Counted from the stretch's first letter, positions 38,282 through 48,036 are shown. The stretch: DNA of 64,000 nucleotides from Minisyncoccota bacterium (GCA_028711065.1 JAQTSY010000005.1:7656-71655), one strand, 5' to 3'. The notes: a model not told the origin generated them from the sequence alone. Program-made: numbers and translations.

Positions 38282-38671
38282 CTACTTAGGCTTCCACTCC
38301 GTCGGTTGCATAAGACCGAGACGATTTCCTTCGGTATCTTTGGCCCCAGCAAACCAGCCGACGTGCGGAATTTCCATCTTTTCTTTGGTTATAGTGCCCC
38401 CATTTTTTTTGATTGCTTCCATTGCCTTATCGAGATCCTCAACTTGCACGGTACAATCATAGAGATAAAATTTCTCTCCTTTTTGAGGCCGCTCGTACAT
38501 CCCGCCGTTTATTCCGGGCCCTTTCCCCGTTTCAATTCCCCAATAATCCATCCCGCCCTCCTCTTTTTTCATCATAAGGCTTATTTTCCAGCCTAATGCT
38601 TTCTCGTAAAATTTCTTTGCCCGCTCTACATCATCTGCTTGAATTTCAAAATGTATAACTCTATTGTTCAT
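38282..38671 (-). CDS. VOC/glyoxalase-family protein
   Basis: About 130 aa. VIHFEIQADDVERAKKFYEKALGW looks like the start of a glyoxalase beta-alpha-beta-beta-beta module. Confidence 0.6.
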   Translation of the reverse strand: MNNRVIHFEIQADDVERAKKFYEKALGWKISLMMKKEEGGMDYWGIETGKGPGINGGMYERPQKGEKFYLYDCTVQVEDLDKAMEAIKKNGGTITKEKMEIPHVGWFAGAKDTEGNRLGLMQPTEWKPK

Positions 38672-38696
38672 AGGAGTAAAGTGAGAATTGATAAAA

Positions 38697-38981
38697 TTAC
38701 TCAAAGACCCTTAAGACCTCCCGGCGACCAGTTAGATAGAGATCGTGATAACCCTTCATTTTCTCTTTCCATTGTTTTTCTTCATCCGCCGTATAGCTTT
38801 TCATTCTTGCTTCAAATTCAGCCAGGTCTTTGAATTCGGTCTCCAAAATCACTTGGTTGAAATCGCTCACGAAATCCGTCAAAACTCTGAAATTCCCTTT
38901 CATCTTCATACCCTTAAACATCTTTGCCAAGGTTGAAGCTTTCCCAGGCTTCGCAATAAAAATTTCTCGAATGATTATCAT
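38697..38981 (-). CDS. Small alpha+beta protein (Dabb/ABM-like?), hypothetical
   Basis: 94 aa with no clear motif. Confidence 0.3.
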   Translation of the reverse strand: MIIIREIFIAKPGKASTLAKMFKGMKMKGNFRVLTDFVSDFNQVILETEFKDLAEFEARMKSYTADEEKQWKEKMKGYHDLYLTGRREVLRVFE

Positions 38982-39011
38982 TGTAGTGTTTAATTAAACT
39001 AATAATAAAAA

Positions 39012-39422
39012 CTATTTTTGTATCATTTTCGGATCCATCCACATCACCTCCCAAATATGACCATCGAGGTCATTTACTGATCTCCCATACATAGAATCTC
39101 CCACGTTCATCTCTGGCACAATATTTTCTTTCCCACCCATCGAAATCGCCTTATTCACCCATTCGTCTACTTTTTCTTTGCTTTCGGCCGAAATGCAGAT
39201 GGCGCACTCAACGTCGGAACTATTATCAACCACACCTCGCTTCGCTAATTTTTTAAAGAAATCATGAACAACAAGCATGACAAAAATATTTTCATCTACA
39301 ATCATGCATGTCGCATTCTGGTCGGTGAACTGTTTGTTAAACGTATATCCAAGCCCCGTAAAAAACTCGATGGAGTGATTCAAATCTTTCACAGGCAAAT
39401 TCACAAATATATTTGTTTTCAT
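39012..39422 (-). CDS. VOC/glyoxalase (bleomycin-resistance-like) family protein
   Basis: 136 aa. NLPVKDLNHSIEFFTGLGY... is a VOC-fold signature. Confidence 0.6.
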   Translation of the reverse strand: MKTNIFVNLPVKDLNHSIEFFTGLGYTFNKQFTDQNATCMIVDENIFVMLVVHDFFKKLAKRGVVDNSSDVECAICISAESKEKVDEWVNKAISMGGKENIVPEMNVGDSMYGRSVNDLDGHIWEVMWMDPKMIQK

Positions 39423-39458
39423 ATACGAATGCTCATATATTTCTAATAAAGACCTTTG

Positions 39459-39482
39459 GCCCCGCGCCCGAAGGGCGGGGGC
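39459..39482 (-). terminator. GC-rich hairpin downstream of the FAD oxidoreductase gene (candidate terminator; weak U-tract)
   Basis: GGCCCCGCGCCCGAAGGGCGGGGGC stem-loop sitting in AT-rich surroundings. Confidence 0.3.
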
Positions 39483-39502
39483 ATTTCTTTCCCCTTCCCT
39501 TT

Positions 39503-40804
39503 TTATTTCCCTCCTCCAGAATACTTGAAAATATTTTTAACCGCCCCACCAAAAAATTCCTTTGAATAATCGATTCCTTTTTCGAAGAGCATGATAAATC
39601 CTGGGCTTCTTCCTACATCATACAATGACGCCCAAATATTATGTCTGCCAAACACTTTGTCGACAACTATCTGCGCAGTAATACCTGCATAGGTCATCCC
39701 ATTCCCTGAAAATCCGAATGCATACATAACACGCTCACCCGGATGGAGTTCGCCAATGTATGCCAATCCATCAATGGATTCGAGGATCGGCCCGCTCCAT
39801 CTTCGTACTATTTTATAGGAAAGTTTTGGAAAAGTCGTGGCCACAAAATCCTCGAGAGCTTTGAAACATTTTTCTTCGTTTATATGAATGTCAGCACGAT
39901 GATCTTCGCCCCCGACAATCATCCGGTCAAATTTTTTCCCTGCATCAACTCTCCAATAATGATAGGGACTTTTCAAATCCTCATATATGCCTTCCGGTAA
40001 AACTCCCTTTTCTATTTCAAGTTCAAACACATAGGACGTATAGAGGGCTTTTTTGAAATACAGAGAGGATGGATGCTTGAACGGCTCATACGTAGAAGCG
40101 ATGACCCAATCCGCTCTGATGTTTCCTGAAGCTGTCCTAACCGCCTGCGCCTTTCCGTGCGAGTTATGCATAATCGAAAGTGCTTCAGTATTCTCATATA
40201 TTTCCACGCCAAGTTTTCTCGCTCGTTCGAGAAGCGCGCCGATAAATTTCATAGGATGAAACTTTGCTTGGCCCTCTGTTAACAAGTATCCTTCATTTTT
40301 AAATCCAAGTTCATTCTCTTCTTTCCCGACAAAAGAAGCTTCTCGCCCAAGAGTCTTCAGCACTCTTAATTCCTCCTTAAGCAGATTTTTTTCTTTGACA
40401 GTGGTGGCATAGATACGATTTTCACAGCGAGTGAAATCGCAGTCAATCTTTTCATCGCGGATGATGGATTCGATAAGAAGAATAGCTTCTTCATGAGAAT
40501 TGAGAATAATACTTGCAGGAATCGTTCCCAAACCTTTTACGAGCTCTGAGGGCCTGGTATCCAAAGATTCAGTAATAAAAGCGGTGGTAACACCCGTAGC
40601 GCCGAAGCCAACTTTCCCCTTCTCAACAAGGACAACTTTTTTTCCCCCTTTGGCGAGGAGATACGCCGAAAGTGCTCCAGTAATTCCGCCCCCAATAATG
40701 ACGACGTGAGCGGAGGTGTCAGCATCGAGCGCAGGATATTTCCTAAGAGTAACGCCTTCATCCCAGGTCAGAACATCCGTTGTGTTTTGATCTTCTCTCT
40801 TCAT
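39503..40804 (-). CDS. FAD-dependent oxidoreductase (DAO family)
   Basis: VVIIGGGITGALSAYLLAKGGKKVVLVEK dinucleotide-binding motif. 433 aa. Confidence 0.75.
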   Translation of the reverse strand: MKREDQNTTDVLTWDEGVTLRKYPALDADTSAHVVIIGGGITGALSAYLLAKGGKKVVLVEKGKVGFGATGVTTAFITESLDTRPSELVKGLGTIPASIILNSHEEAILLIESIIRDEKIDCDFTRCENRIYATTVKEKNLLKEELRVLKTLGREASFVGKEENELGFKNEGYLLTEGQAKFHPMKFIGALLERARKLGVEIYENTEALSIMHNSHGKAQAVRTASGNIRADWVIASTYEPFKHPSSLYFKKALYTSYVFELEIEKGVLPEGIYEDLKSPYHYWRVDAGKKFDRMIVGGEDHRADIHINEEKCFKALEDFVATTFPKLSYKIVRRWSGPILESIDGLAYIGELHPGERVMYAFGFSGNGMTYAGITAQIVVDKVFGRHNIWASLYDVGRSPGFIMLFEKGIDYSKEFFGGAVKNIFKYSGGGK

Positions 40805-40918
40805 GCTTTACAAAACGTATGAGAAAGATGTTCATTACAAAATTGCAAAATTACAACACTAAAAAACATCTGGCACTATAGTGCCAGATGTTTTTTCTTT
40901 CCTCATCGAAATTCCCGC

Positions 40919-41110
40919 CTATGCATGTACTTTGGATTCAAACATTTTCATCATATCAGCATCCGACATTCCCATTTCCTTCATCTTGTCGGTGTGTGCC
41001 TCTTTCATATGCTTCATCATTTTCCCAGCTACCTCTTTCGTGGAATTTCCTGTTGCCTCAAAATGGCAATCTGTCTCGGGATCAAGATCCTTGCATGCAA
41101 GTTTCATCAT
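40919..41110 (-). CDS. DUF1059-family small protein
   Basis: 63 aa. MMKLACKDLDPETDCHFEATGNSTKEVAGKMMKHMKEAH matches the DUF1059 pattern (KxxCxDxGxDCxFE...H..H). A paralogue lies at 44524..44739. Confidence 0.55.
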   Translation of the reverse strand: MMKLACKDLDPETDCHFEATGNSTKEVAGKMMKHMKEAHTDKMKEMGMSDADMMKMFESKVHA

Positions 41111-41164
41111 GGTAGTTTTAGCTTAAAGGCTGATAACGACCACAAAACTCTCTTCGAAAAAGAA

Positions 41165-41467
41165 TTAATGATTTTGTGTCTGTTGATAGCAAGCGACATC
41201 ATACTGGGACACCGCATGGGTGCTATTTGAATGTTCTGCCGACGCTGACCCGTCGCTTCCCGCATACACAGTTTCTGCGTGCGCAAAACCGCCGCTACTG
41301 AACCCTTTCGGAGCCATCGTAGCGTTCTCTGCTCCGCACTCAGCTCCAGGTTGTCCGGTGCCAGATGGATTTGGAGCTGCTAAAACTAAAGTCGCCGCAA
41401 TAAGAGATCCCGCAACGGAAAGACCGACAGCTGTACCAAGAGTGGTAAGAAGTTTTTTTGTTTTCAT
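41165..41467 (-). CDS. Small secreted protein (hypothetical)
   Basis: Signal peptide MKTKKLLTTLGTAVGLSVAGSLIAATLVLA, then a Gly/Ser/Ala-rich segment. Confidence 0.35.
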   Translation of the reverse strand: MKTKKLLTTLGTAVGLSVAGSLIAATLVLAAPNPSGTGQPGAECGAENATMAPKGFSSGGFAHAETVYAGSDGSASAEHSNSTHAVSQYDVACYQQTQNH

Positions 41468-41638
41468 ATTTTTAAAAATAAATTAAATCCGCGGATAATT
41501 CCGACCTTTGCTATACAGACGCGGGCTTTTATCTTTCATGACATCTTTCAAAAAAATCGACACAAAAATTCTGCGACCGCAACTGTTTCAGTTCACTGTC
41601 ATGGGTCAAGGCTCTCGCACGTCATAAGGGAAGAGGCT

Positions 41639-41929
41639 ATGAATACCATCCTACAAACCAATATCTTCTTCATCATTACCTCTGTAGCAGTTGTAGTAGT
41701 CCTTTTGTTTCTCATCGTGATTCTCTCGTTCACAATCTTGATCTTGAAGGACCTGAAACACCTCACAAAGAAAGGAAAAGAAGAGGGAGAGAAGATCTTG
41801 GATGATATAGGAGGCATGCGAAGCGAAATTAAAGCCAAGAAAACGGCAATTGCTCTTTTTCTTTTCTTCTTAGGACAAAGGATTAAAAAGTTTTTCCATC
41901 GAAGACCGCGTGAAGAAGAATATTACTAA
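41639..41929 (+). CDS. Small membrane protein (hypothetical)
   Basis: 96 aa, one TM helix and a charged C-terminus. Confidence 0.25.
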   Translation: MNTILQTNIFFIITSVAVVVVLLFLIVILSFTILILKDLKHLTKKGKEEGEKILDDIGGMRSEIKAKKTAIALFLFFLGQRIKKFFHRRPREEEYY

Positions 41930-41949
41930 CTTAATTTCTTAAACACACC

Positions 41950-42291
41950 ATGAAAACAGTAACAAAATTAGGACTCTTAGGAGCTGTAGCGGGAGTTGGA
42001 TATTATTTGTATGGAAGCGAACATGCAAAAAAGCACCGGGAGGCTGCCAGCTCTTGGATGAAAAAAGCTCAAAAAGAAGTTGCCTCGCAAGTTAAAAAAC
42101 TGAAAGAGGAAACGTTAACAAAAGAAAATTACGAAAAAATAGTGGAAGAAGTGGGCAAAAAATACCAGCTTCTCCTTTCGCTCAAAAATGAGGAAGTAAC
42201 AAAATTTGTGGATATCTTGGATGGCGCCTGGGAAGATCTCAAAGGCCAAGCTCACACTACAGCAAAAGTCATCAAAAGAGGGATGAAATAA
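41950..42291 (+). CDS. Small membrane-anchored coiled-coil protein (hypothetical)
   Basis: 113 aa, N-terminal TM then a K/E-rich helix. Confidence 0.3.
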   Translation: MKTVTKLGLLGAVAGVGYYLYGSEHAKKHREAASSWMKKAQKEVASQVKKLKEETLTKENYEKIVEEVGKKYQLLLSLKNEEVTKFVDILDGAWEDLKGQAHTTAKVIKRGMK

Positions 42292-42303
42292 AAGGGATTC
42301 GAT

Positions 42304-42777
42304 TTATCCAAGCAAATCTCGAAGCCGAGGATATTTAGAAAAAATCGAAAGTCCAGAGAACCAATGCTGGAAGCCAAAGGCTCGTCCAGCATTATGGTAT
42401 GCCAATACCAGAAGCCCAGCTGCATAGATGATATGGTCGTCGACAATAAGTGAGTGAGCGTCTGGATGGAGAATCCCGAGTGGAAGCCAATAAAGAACCA
42501 TAAGAAGCGCACCCAATTTTGCAGACAGGCGTACGCCAATTCCCAAGATAAGAGAAACGCCGAGAAGCGTGAGTCCCCAAACATTTACAAAATTAACGAT
42601 CGGGAGAATGCTTGGAGTGGCGAGAAAATGATAAAATCCGACAAATGTCTTTGCTCCGGCAAGATAGCCGCCGGCTGAAAAATTCGGATCAAGAAGATGG
42701 GTAATACCGGCATAGAAAAACATCCATCCCATCGTTATCCTCAAAAGAAACAACGAGAGTTTATGAAAATGAGTCAT
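42304..42777 (-). CDS. DoxX-family membrane protein
   Basis: 157 aa, LLRITMGWMFFYAGITHL DoxX start, 4 TM segments. Confidence 0.65.
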   Translation of the reverse strand: MTHFHKLSLFLLRITMGWMFFYAGITHLLDPNFSAGGYLAGAKTFVGFYHFLATPSILPIVNFVNVWGLTLLGVSLILGIGVRLSAKLGALLMVLYWLPLGILHPDAHSLIVDDHIIYAAGLLVLAYHNAGRAFGFQHWFSGLSIFSKYPRLRDLLG

Positions 42778-43165
42778 GAAATAAATAATAATGAATTAGA
42801 AATAATGCCCGGAACCTTTTTCTTCTGTAGTATGAGTTTTGTCCTCCTCTCTTCTCTTTGGTCTCATTTGCTCCTTCGGTTTCTTTTGTTTGCGCACTGG
42901 ATTCATCATCGCGTTTTTCACTTTTCCTTCAAGACGGGGAGGGCGAGTAAGATGCCACCCCTCACGAAGCAGTCTTTTTTTATCAATCATGGAAGTAGGA
43001 GTTTACAAATAACCCGGCTATAGCAATGCCGATTCGGCCTAGGCGTGGGAGAGAGGTGGTGAGTAGATTTCCTGCATCATCGACTGCCCTCGTCATTCGG
43101 CAATACCTGATACATCGTCATCTCTATTATATTCTTCGACCTTTAGATCCGCAAGAAGTTACCCC

Positions 43166-44164
43166 CTAGCGAATTCCTGTATCGCAAGAAATATTCACCC
43201 CGTTTGTAGTCGGAGCTTTTACTGAAACTGTGAGCGGAGAACACCTTGGGTATGGATTTCCGCCAGTGGCTTGAATTGTGTAGTCTCCATACGGAAGGGT
43301 GAGACTGAAGCTCCCGTCACTTCCGCTTTGTGTGGTCTTCACTGTTCTTGTATTTGTTGTTGAGTCTGCTTCAATCGTCGTTTGATACGGCTTTGGAGCA
43401 CAAGCAGGATCAGGCGGGATTTTTTCTACAGGACAAACTGGAGAAAGCGTTACGGAGCCATTCACAACACTTTCTCTTGCACATGTTCCCCCAACATCGC
43501 CGAAAGGAAGATGCGACGCAGGATCAGGTACACATTGAAGACCTGCCTGACAGACAGGTGCATTCAGCATATTTCCTCCACAGCGCTCTCCAAGTCCGGC
43601 AAGTTTTTGACTCGTAACGTGAAAAGTAATTCGATACTGGCCCGCTGAAATCTCCTTTTGACTTTCTCTAGCTGGAGTTACCGAAGTTATTGATACTTGG
43701 TATTTCCCAAAAGAATAGGGTGCGTCGGAGAGAGACATAGTTCTCGTTAGTGTTTGTGTTCCGTCTGAAAGGGTGACGCTTACATTTACTGTACCAGCCT
43801 GGATACAAACTACATCTGTAGGACATCGGCTATCTCCGATAATAATGTTGAGAGTAACAGCGAGCGCTCCGATATTTCCTTTTTGTCCAATGCTAAGTGT
43901 TACATCTCCACTTGCTGGAGGTATTTGGGTTGAAGTTGGAGTACCTGGACACTCTGCAAATTCACAATTTGGGCCAACACGTCCAACGGAGCTCCCATCA
44001 GGACAAATTTTTGCTTCCATTGTGCAGGCGACTGGCGAAGGTGTCGGCGTTCCAATAGGTGCGGTGCCATTCTTCGGCCAGAAAAGAAAAACTGCTCCAA
44101 TGATGATGAGAAAGATAAGTATCGTAATTGTAAGAGGATTTTTCATGCGATTTCGGAAAAACAA
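43166..44164 (-). CDS. Secreted Cys-rich protein (hypothetical)
   Basis: Signal/TM, then many paired Cys (CTMEAKICPDG...CEFAECPG...), and a beta-rich C-terminus. Confidence 0.4.
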   Translation of the reverse strand: MFFRNRMKNPLTITILIFLIIIGAVFLFWPKNGTAPIGTPTPSPVACTMEAKICPDGSSVGRVGPNCEFAECPGTPTSTQIPPASGDVTLSIGQKGNIGALAVTLNIIIGDSRCPTDVVCIQAGTVNVSVTLSDGTQTLTRTMSLSDAPYSFGKYQVSITSVTPARESQKEISAGQYRITFHVTSQKLAGLGERCGGNMLNAPVCQAGLQCVPDPASHLPFGDVGGTCARESVVNGSVTLSPVCPVEKIPPDPACAPKPYQTTIEADSTTNTRTVKTTQSGSDGSFSLTLPYGDYTIQATGGNPYPRCSPLTVSVKAPTTNGVNISCDTGIR

Positions 44165-44168
44165 CCTT

Positions 44169-44411
44169 TTATTTTTTAGTAAAAAGTTCTGAAGCCTTAA
44201 GCTTGATGACCAAAAAAAGATAAATAATATCGAGAATGCCTGCTGTGTTCACCAAAAGAAGTATTACGAACCACCATTCCTGCCCGCGCCGTCCCGAATG
44301 CCAAAGCGCCAGTCCTTTCCAGAAAATACTCCAGAGAGCGAGAAGAATAAATACTGGTCCAAATGGACGGATCCAATTCGGTCCCAAACCCATTCCATTA
44401 AAGTTATACAT
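44169..44411 (-). CDS. Small two-TM membrane protein (hypothetical)
   Basis: 80 aa with two hydrophobic helices. It begins 5 nt downstream of the end of the Cys-rich protein gene. Confidence 0.35.
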   Translation of the reverse strand: MYNFNGMGLGPNWIRPFGPVFILLALWSIFWKGLALWHSGRRGQEWWFVILLLVNTAGILDIIYLFLVIKLKASELFTKK

Positions 44412-44523
44412 AGGTTGAGTTGTTAAAATGAGTAAATCTCTCTACACATAAGCCGTACAAAAAGCGAAATTCTTACAAAATTATTTCTGCTTCCAGAGGA
44501 GGAAAAACTTAAAAAAGTTTCAT

Positions 44524-44739
44524 TTACATATCAGGCGTTCCAGCCCAGGTTTTCATAAAATCTTCACTCCATTTTTTCATCATCGGGTCGTCCTTCGGCA
44601 TCTTCTTTACATCAGCTGCCATTTTAGGATGCGCTTTTTCTAAGTGCTTCATCCCATTTGCCATAAGCTCCTCCGGAGTCGTGCCTGTTATAGGTTCATC
44701 GCACTCACCCCCCATCGCCCTACATGTTATTGTTTTCAT
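44524..44739 (-). CDS. DUF1059-family small protein (paralogue of 40919..41110)
   Basis: MKTITCRAMGGECDEPITGTTPEELMANGMKHLEKAHP has the same C..C...H..H pattern. Confidence 0.55.
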   Translation of the reverse strand: MKTITCRAMGGECDEPITGTTPEELMANGMKHLEKAHPKMAADVKKMPKDDPMMKKWSEDFMKTWAGTPDM

Positions 44740-44779
44740 GAGTTTACAAAAATTAATTTTTAATATTATTATTCTATCA

Positions 44780-44977
44780 TTATTTTCTCTTTCGGAGTTT
44801 TTGTCTCGGCACTTTATCTCCTCCCCTGCGCGCTTCTGAAATTGCGATAGCCACTGCCTGTTTTTGGCTTGTTACTCTTTTGCGAGATGTGCCGCTTTTA
44901 AGTTTTCCTTTTCCAAACTCATGCATAACTCGGCTAATTTTCTTTTGGGCTTTTGGTCCATACTTTGTCATATCCAT
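44780..44977 (-). CDS. Small basic protein (hypothetical)
   Basis: 65 aa, Lys/Arg-rich (KGKLKSGTSRKRVTSQKQAVAIAISEARRGGDK). Confidence 0.35.
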   Translation of the reverse strand: MDMTKYGPKAQKKISRVMHEFGKGKLKSGTSRKRVTSQKQAVAIAISEARRGGDKVPRQKLRKRK

Positions 44978-45091
44978 AACGACGAGAAGGAAAGAAAAAA
45001 TTTACAGCACATATCACCCGCAACATTGTTTGACTATTATTTTTGAATATTGTATTTTAAGTTTCGGCAAACGAACCTTAGGAGGGACTAA

Positions 45092-45685
45092 ATGCAAGCT
45101 GGAGAATTGTACGACCTTGCGTACAGTGCGCTAGGAGATACTCTCACACTCGAACCTGCTGTCGCTACGACAATCGCGGTAAAACACGCGGCCAAAGGAA
45201 AAGCTTTGGACATAGGATGCGGTCAAGGCAGGGACACTCTGTTCCTTGCCGAGAGCGGGTTCGATGTGGTCGGTATCGACATTTCGAGGGTAGGCATTGA
45301 GAGGCTGAACGCAAGAGTTAAGGGCAAGAACCTCAAGCTGAAAACTGTAGTGGGAGACGTCCGCCAGGAGCTTTTAAAAGACGAATACACCCTTATCGTC
45401 TGCAATCGCGTCCTACAGGACATCCCGCAAAAAGACAGCTTGTGGATGATCGAGCGTATGCAGTCTAAAACATTGCCTCGAGGCGTCAATTTCATTGCTG
45501 CCTACGGCCATGGTACGCTCGAAACAAATCGGCTTCTGGACGAAGAAGGTCATTTTTTTGGGAGTAGTGAGCTCCGCAAGCTCTATGTTGGATGGGAAAT
45601 ACTTTATTACTCATCCGACATGGAGCAGATCGGCAGAGCAACATACAACCCTTTCTTTACCATCGTCGCACAGAAACCAAAGTAA
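45092..45685 (+). CDS. Class I SAM-dependent methyltransferase (TehB-like)
   Basis: ALDIGCGQGRDTLFLAESGFDVVGIDIS SAM-binding motif I. The DNA is clearly GC-richer than its surroundings. Confidence 0.75.
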   Translation: MQAGELYDLAYSALGDTLTLEPAVATTIAVKHAAKGKALDIGCGQGRDTLFLAESGFDVVGIDISRVGIERLNARVKGKNLKLKTVVGDVRQELLKDEYTLIVCNRVLQDIPQKDSLWMIERMQSKTLPRGVNFIAAYGHGTLETNRLLDEEGHFFGSSELRKLYVGWEILYYSSDMEQIGRATYNPFFTIVAQKPK

Positions 45686-45726
45686 CCGAAATGAATGCAA
45701 CGCAAATTCCCGCGTTGCGTTTTTAT

Positions 45727-46284
45727 TTAACGAAAGAGTCTGCCGAAAAAGCTTTTCGCGCGACCCCAGGCTGTTTGAGGACGGCTTGGCATTGGCATAG
45801 TTGTCGGTGCGTCCTCTATTTTTTTAGTTGGAGAAATTTCCCTCAGTTTTGCTCGGGTAAATTCGAGTTCCAAACGCCTTCCTACCTCCGCGCTTTCTGG
45901 ATTAAAGCTGTAGAATTTTGCTTTTTTCGGGTATTTTTCTATAAAACCTCTTACAGCTTGTTCGATAACTTGTTCTTTGGAGTGTTTTCCTCCTTCGCCT
46001 ATAACAATACGCGCCACCTCTTTAAAAGCCGGGTCGTCAAACGGATCAGGGTAAATTTTCTCCTTTTCTGGGATATCAAGCTTTTGCCCACGAGATTCAA
46101 CTTTCGCCCGACGCTCTTTGGCAAATTTCAGAAATTCGGGATCTTCGTTGGGGTTATCACGTACTTTCATTTTCTCCCCCGTAAACGTACCTTCCGTAAC
46201 CGGAGTCACAAAAGCCTGTGTGTCGGAAAATGTTTCGCCTTCCGCGCCACTCTCCGTTTTAGTATCAAGATTTTCTAGGGGCAT
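45727..46284 (-). CDS. Hypothetical protein
   Basis: 185 aa, acidic N-terminus, no recognisable motif. Confidence 0.4.
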   Translation of the reverse strand: MPLENLDTKTESGAEGETFSDTQAFVTPVTEGTFTGEKMKVRDNPNEDPEFLKFAKERRAKVESRGQKLDIPEKEKIYPDPFDDPAFKEVARIVIGEGGKHSKEQVIEQAVRGFIEKYPKKAKFYSFNPESAEVGRRLELEFTRAKLREISPTKKIEDAPTTMPMPSRPQTAWGRAKSFFGRLFR

Positions 46285-46353
46285 AAGATGTTTAATTATT
46301 AGAGATAATTATAGTAAAGAATCAGACAAGGGACAATGCGCCGAAAATGGAGC

Positions 46354-46382
46354 GAAAAAAAACGGAGCCACTTCGTGACTCC
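46354..46382 (-). terminator. Rho-independent terminator downstream of the histidine phosphatase gene
   Basis: On the minus strand: GGAGTCACGAAGTGGCTCC hairpin followed by GTTTTTTTT. Confidence 0.55.
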
Positions 46383-46403
46383 AGTTCGTAAACACTCTGC
46401 GAT

Positions 46404-47186
46404 CTACGCAACCAGCTCGTAATACCGCTTGTTGTAGTAGGTCAATTTGAGCCGGCCGTTGGACCCTTCATTGGGATAACCCGTGTACAGGGTCGCTCCA
46501 CAATTAATCGGCTTCTCCTCTTCATCAAGCCGGATGAATTCTTTGTCACCAAGCCGTTCGAAATTCGCCCGAATTCCAAGGATGTTGAGGTGATGAGTTA
46601 CCGCCAGCACATCCTTTTGGGCAAAATCTCGAATCAGCGTAGTGGTCCAAGACCGATTCCGCTCCCGAACGTCGGGCACATTCTCGCCCTGCGGATACCG
46701 ATACCAGTACGGTCCCTCCAGTTCGTAGAGAGCGGCTTGATCAGGGTGAAGAGCGTGGAAAACCCGCCAGTCGTTGTAGAGAAGCGCGAGACCGTGTTCC
46801 TGTTCTCTGATTCGCTCCTCTTGATAGACCTTGACCGATTTTAGCGCCGGCCAGCCCCGCATCATGTGCTCCAGAGTAAGACACGCGCGAAGGTAAGGCG
46901 AGACAAAAATGACATGAGGTGTCGTCTCACAGGCAGACAACGCTCGGCCAGTTTCGAACGCCTGCCGACCCTCGAGGTCAGCGAGCGGTGTATCGGCATC
47001 GCCAACGCCGAGCGCGAACTTCTCCTTCACTTTCCGTGCCAACTTCTGCGTCCTCCCGGAATGCTTATCGCGTTCCCAGGCGACAAGGAAATCCTGATAC
47101 AGCGGATCCTCTTTCTTCTTGCCCCGGAGTTCGTTGAACACCGAGGTATCATGACGAAAGAGACGTATGGAATTCGGCCATTTCAT
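46404..47186 (-). CDS. Histidine phosphatase superfamily (phosphoglycerate-mutase-like) protein
   Basis: N-terminal RLFRHDTS (RHG-type catalytic motif) and a later VTHHLN His. The DNA is markedly GC-rich. Confidence 0.6.
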   Translation of the reverse strand: MKWPNSIRLFRHDTSVFNELRGKKKEDPLYQDFLVAWERDKHSGRTQKLARKVKEKFALGVGDADTPLADLEGRQAFETGRALSACETTPHVIFVSPYLRACLTLEHMMRGWPALKSVKVYQEERIREQEHGLALLYNDWRVFHALHPDQAALYELEGPYWYRYPQGENVPDVRERNRSWTTTLIRDFAQKDVLAVTHHLNILGIRANFERLGDKEFIRLDEEEKPINCGATLYTGYPNEGSNGRLKLTYYNKRYYELVA

Positions 47187-47353
47187 GGCTATTGCTCCTT
47201 TCTTTCAATGAGTCTCCAAAATGAATGATTGCCTCCTTTTCTTAATACTACACAAAATTAATGATGTGTCAATATATAATTTCGGGCACAACAAGAAACC
47301 AGCCCCGTTTCCTTTAGGAAACGGGGCTGGTTTTAGAGACTCTGTCGAACAAA

Positions 47354-48031
47354 TTATTTCGTCGTCTTGCCGAAGATAAGTCGTGCAGCTGCCCCAAGAG
47401 CAAGAAGGACAAGCGCTCCGAGAATATAAGAAGTATAATTTCTTGCTCCGCTTGTTTCTATCGCAGCCAAATCTTTCACAACCAAAGGAGTTGCAGTTGT
47501 CGAAACTCCCTGTCCTGCGTTATTCGTTTCCCCCGCGACAGAATTATTTGTTGCTACTGTCGCATTTGAAATTGTGATTTGAACTGGTGCTCCTCCATTA
47601 GCAGAGAATACATTTTTGTTTTGAGCGTTGTAAATCTCTGTATCATTCGCTACTGCGAGAGATGCGGTACCCGACTTGAGCGCAGTAAATGTTACTGTAC
47701 CGAAAATCTTTCCAGCGGAAATTCCTCCGGGATATCCAGCTGTCTTTACAAGCGATCCAGAATCCATACTGTCATAGCCGGGCTGTGAAAGCGGGAGCCA
47801 TACTGGAGCAAAATTGAACGCGGTCGCTTTCAAAAGATCTTTCGAATAGGAAAGTGCAACTTTAGAAGTATAGACGCTCTCGCCTGCTGGAATCACTGAA
47901 ACCTGCACAGTAACTGTCTGGCCAGCTTTTACATTGAATGTTGAAGGTATAAGAGAAACATTAGCCGCTGCAGAAGCAAAAGCTGGAACAGCCAGCGCAA
48001 GAACAATAAGTGAAAAGATAAATTTCTTCAT
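47354..48031 (-). CDS. Cell-surface protein with N-terminal signal peptide and C-terminal TM anchor (hypothetical)
   Basis: MKKFIFSLIVLALAVPAFASAAA signal, beta-rich body, C-terminal LGALVLLALGAAARLIF anchor. Confidence 0.4.
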   Translation of the reverse strand: MKKFIFSLIVLALAVPAFASAAANVSLIPSTFNVKAGQTVTVQVSVIPAGESVYTSKVALSYSKDLLKATAFNFAPVWLPLSQPGYDSMDSGSLVKTAGYPGGISAGKIFGTVTFTALKSGTASLAVANDTEIYNAQNKNVFSANGGAPVQITISNATVATNNSVAGETNNAGQGVSTTATPLVVKDLAAIETSGARNYTSYILGALVLLALGAAARLIFGKTTK

Positions 48032-48036
48032 GATAA

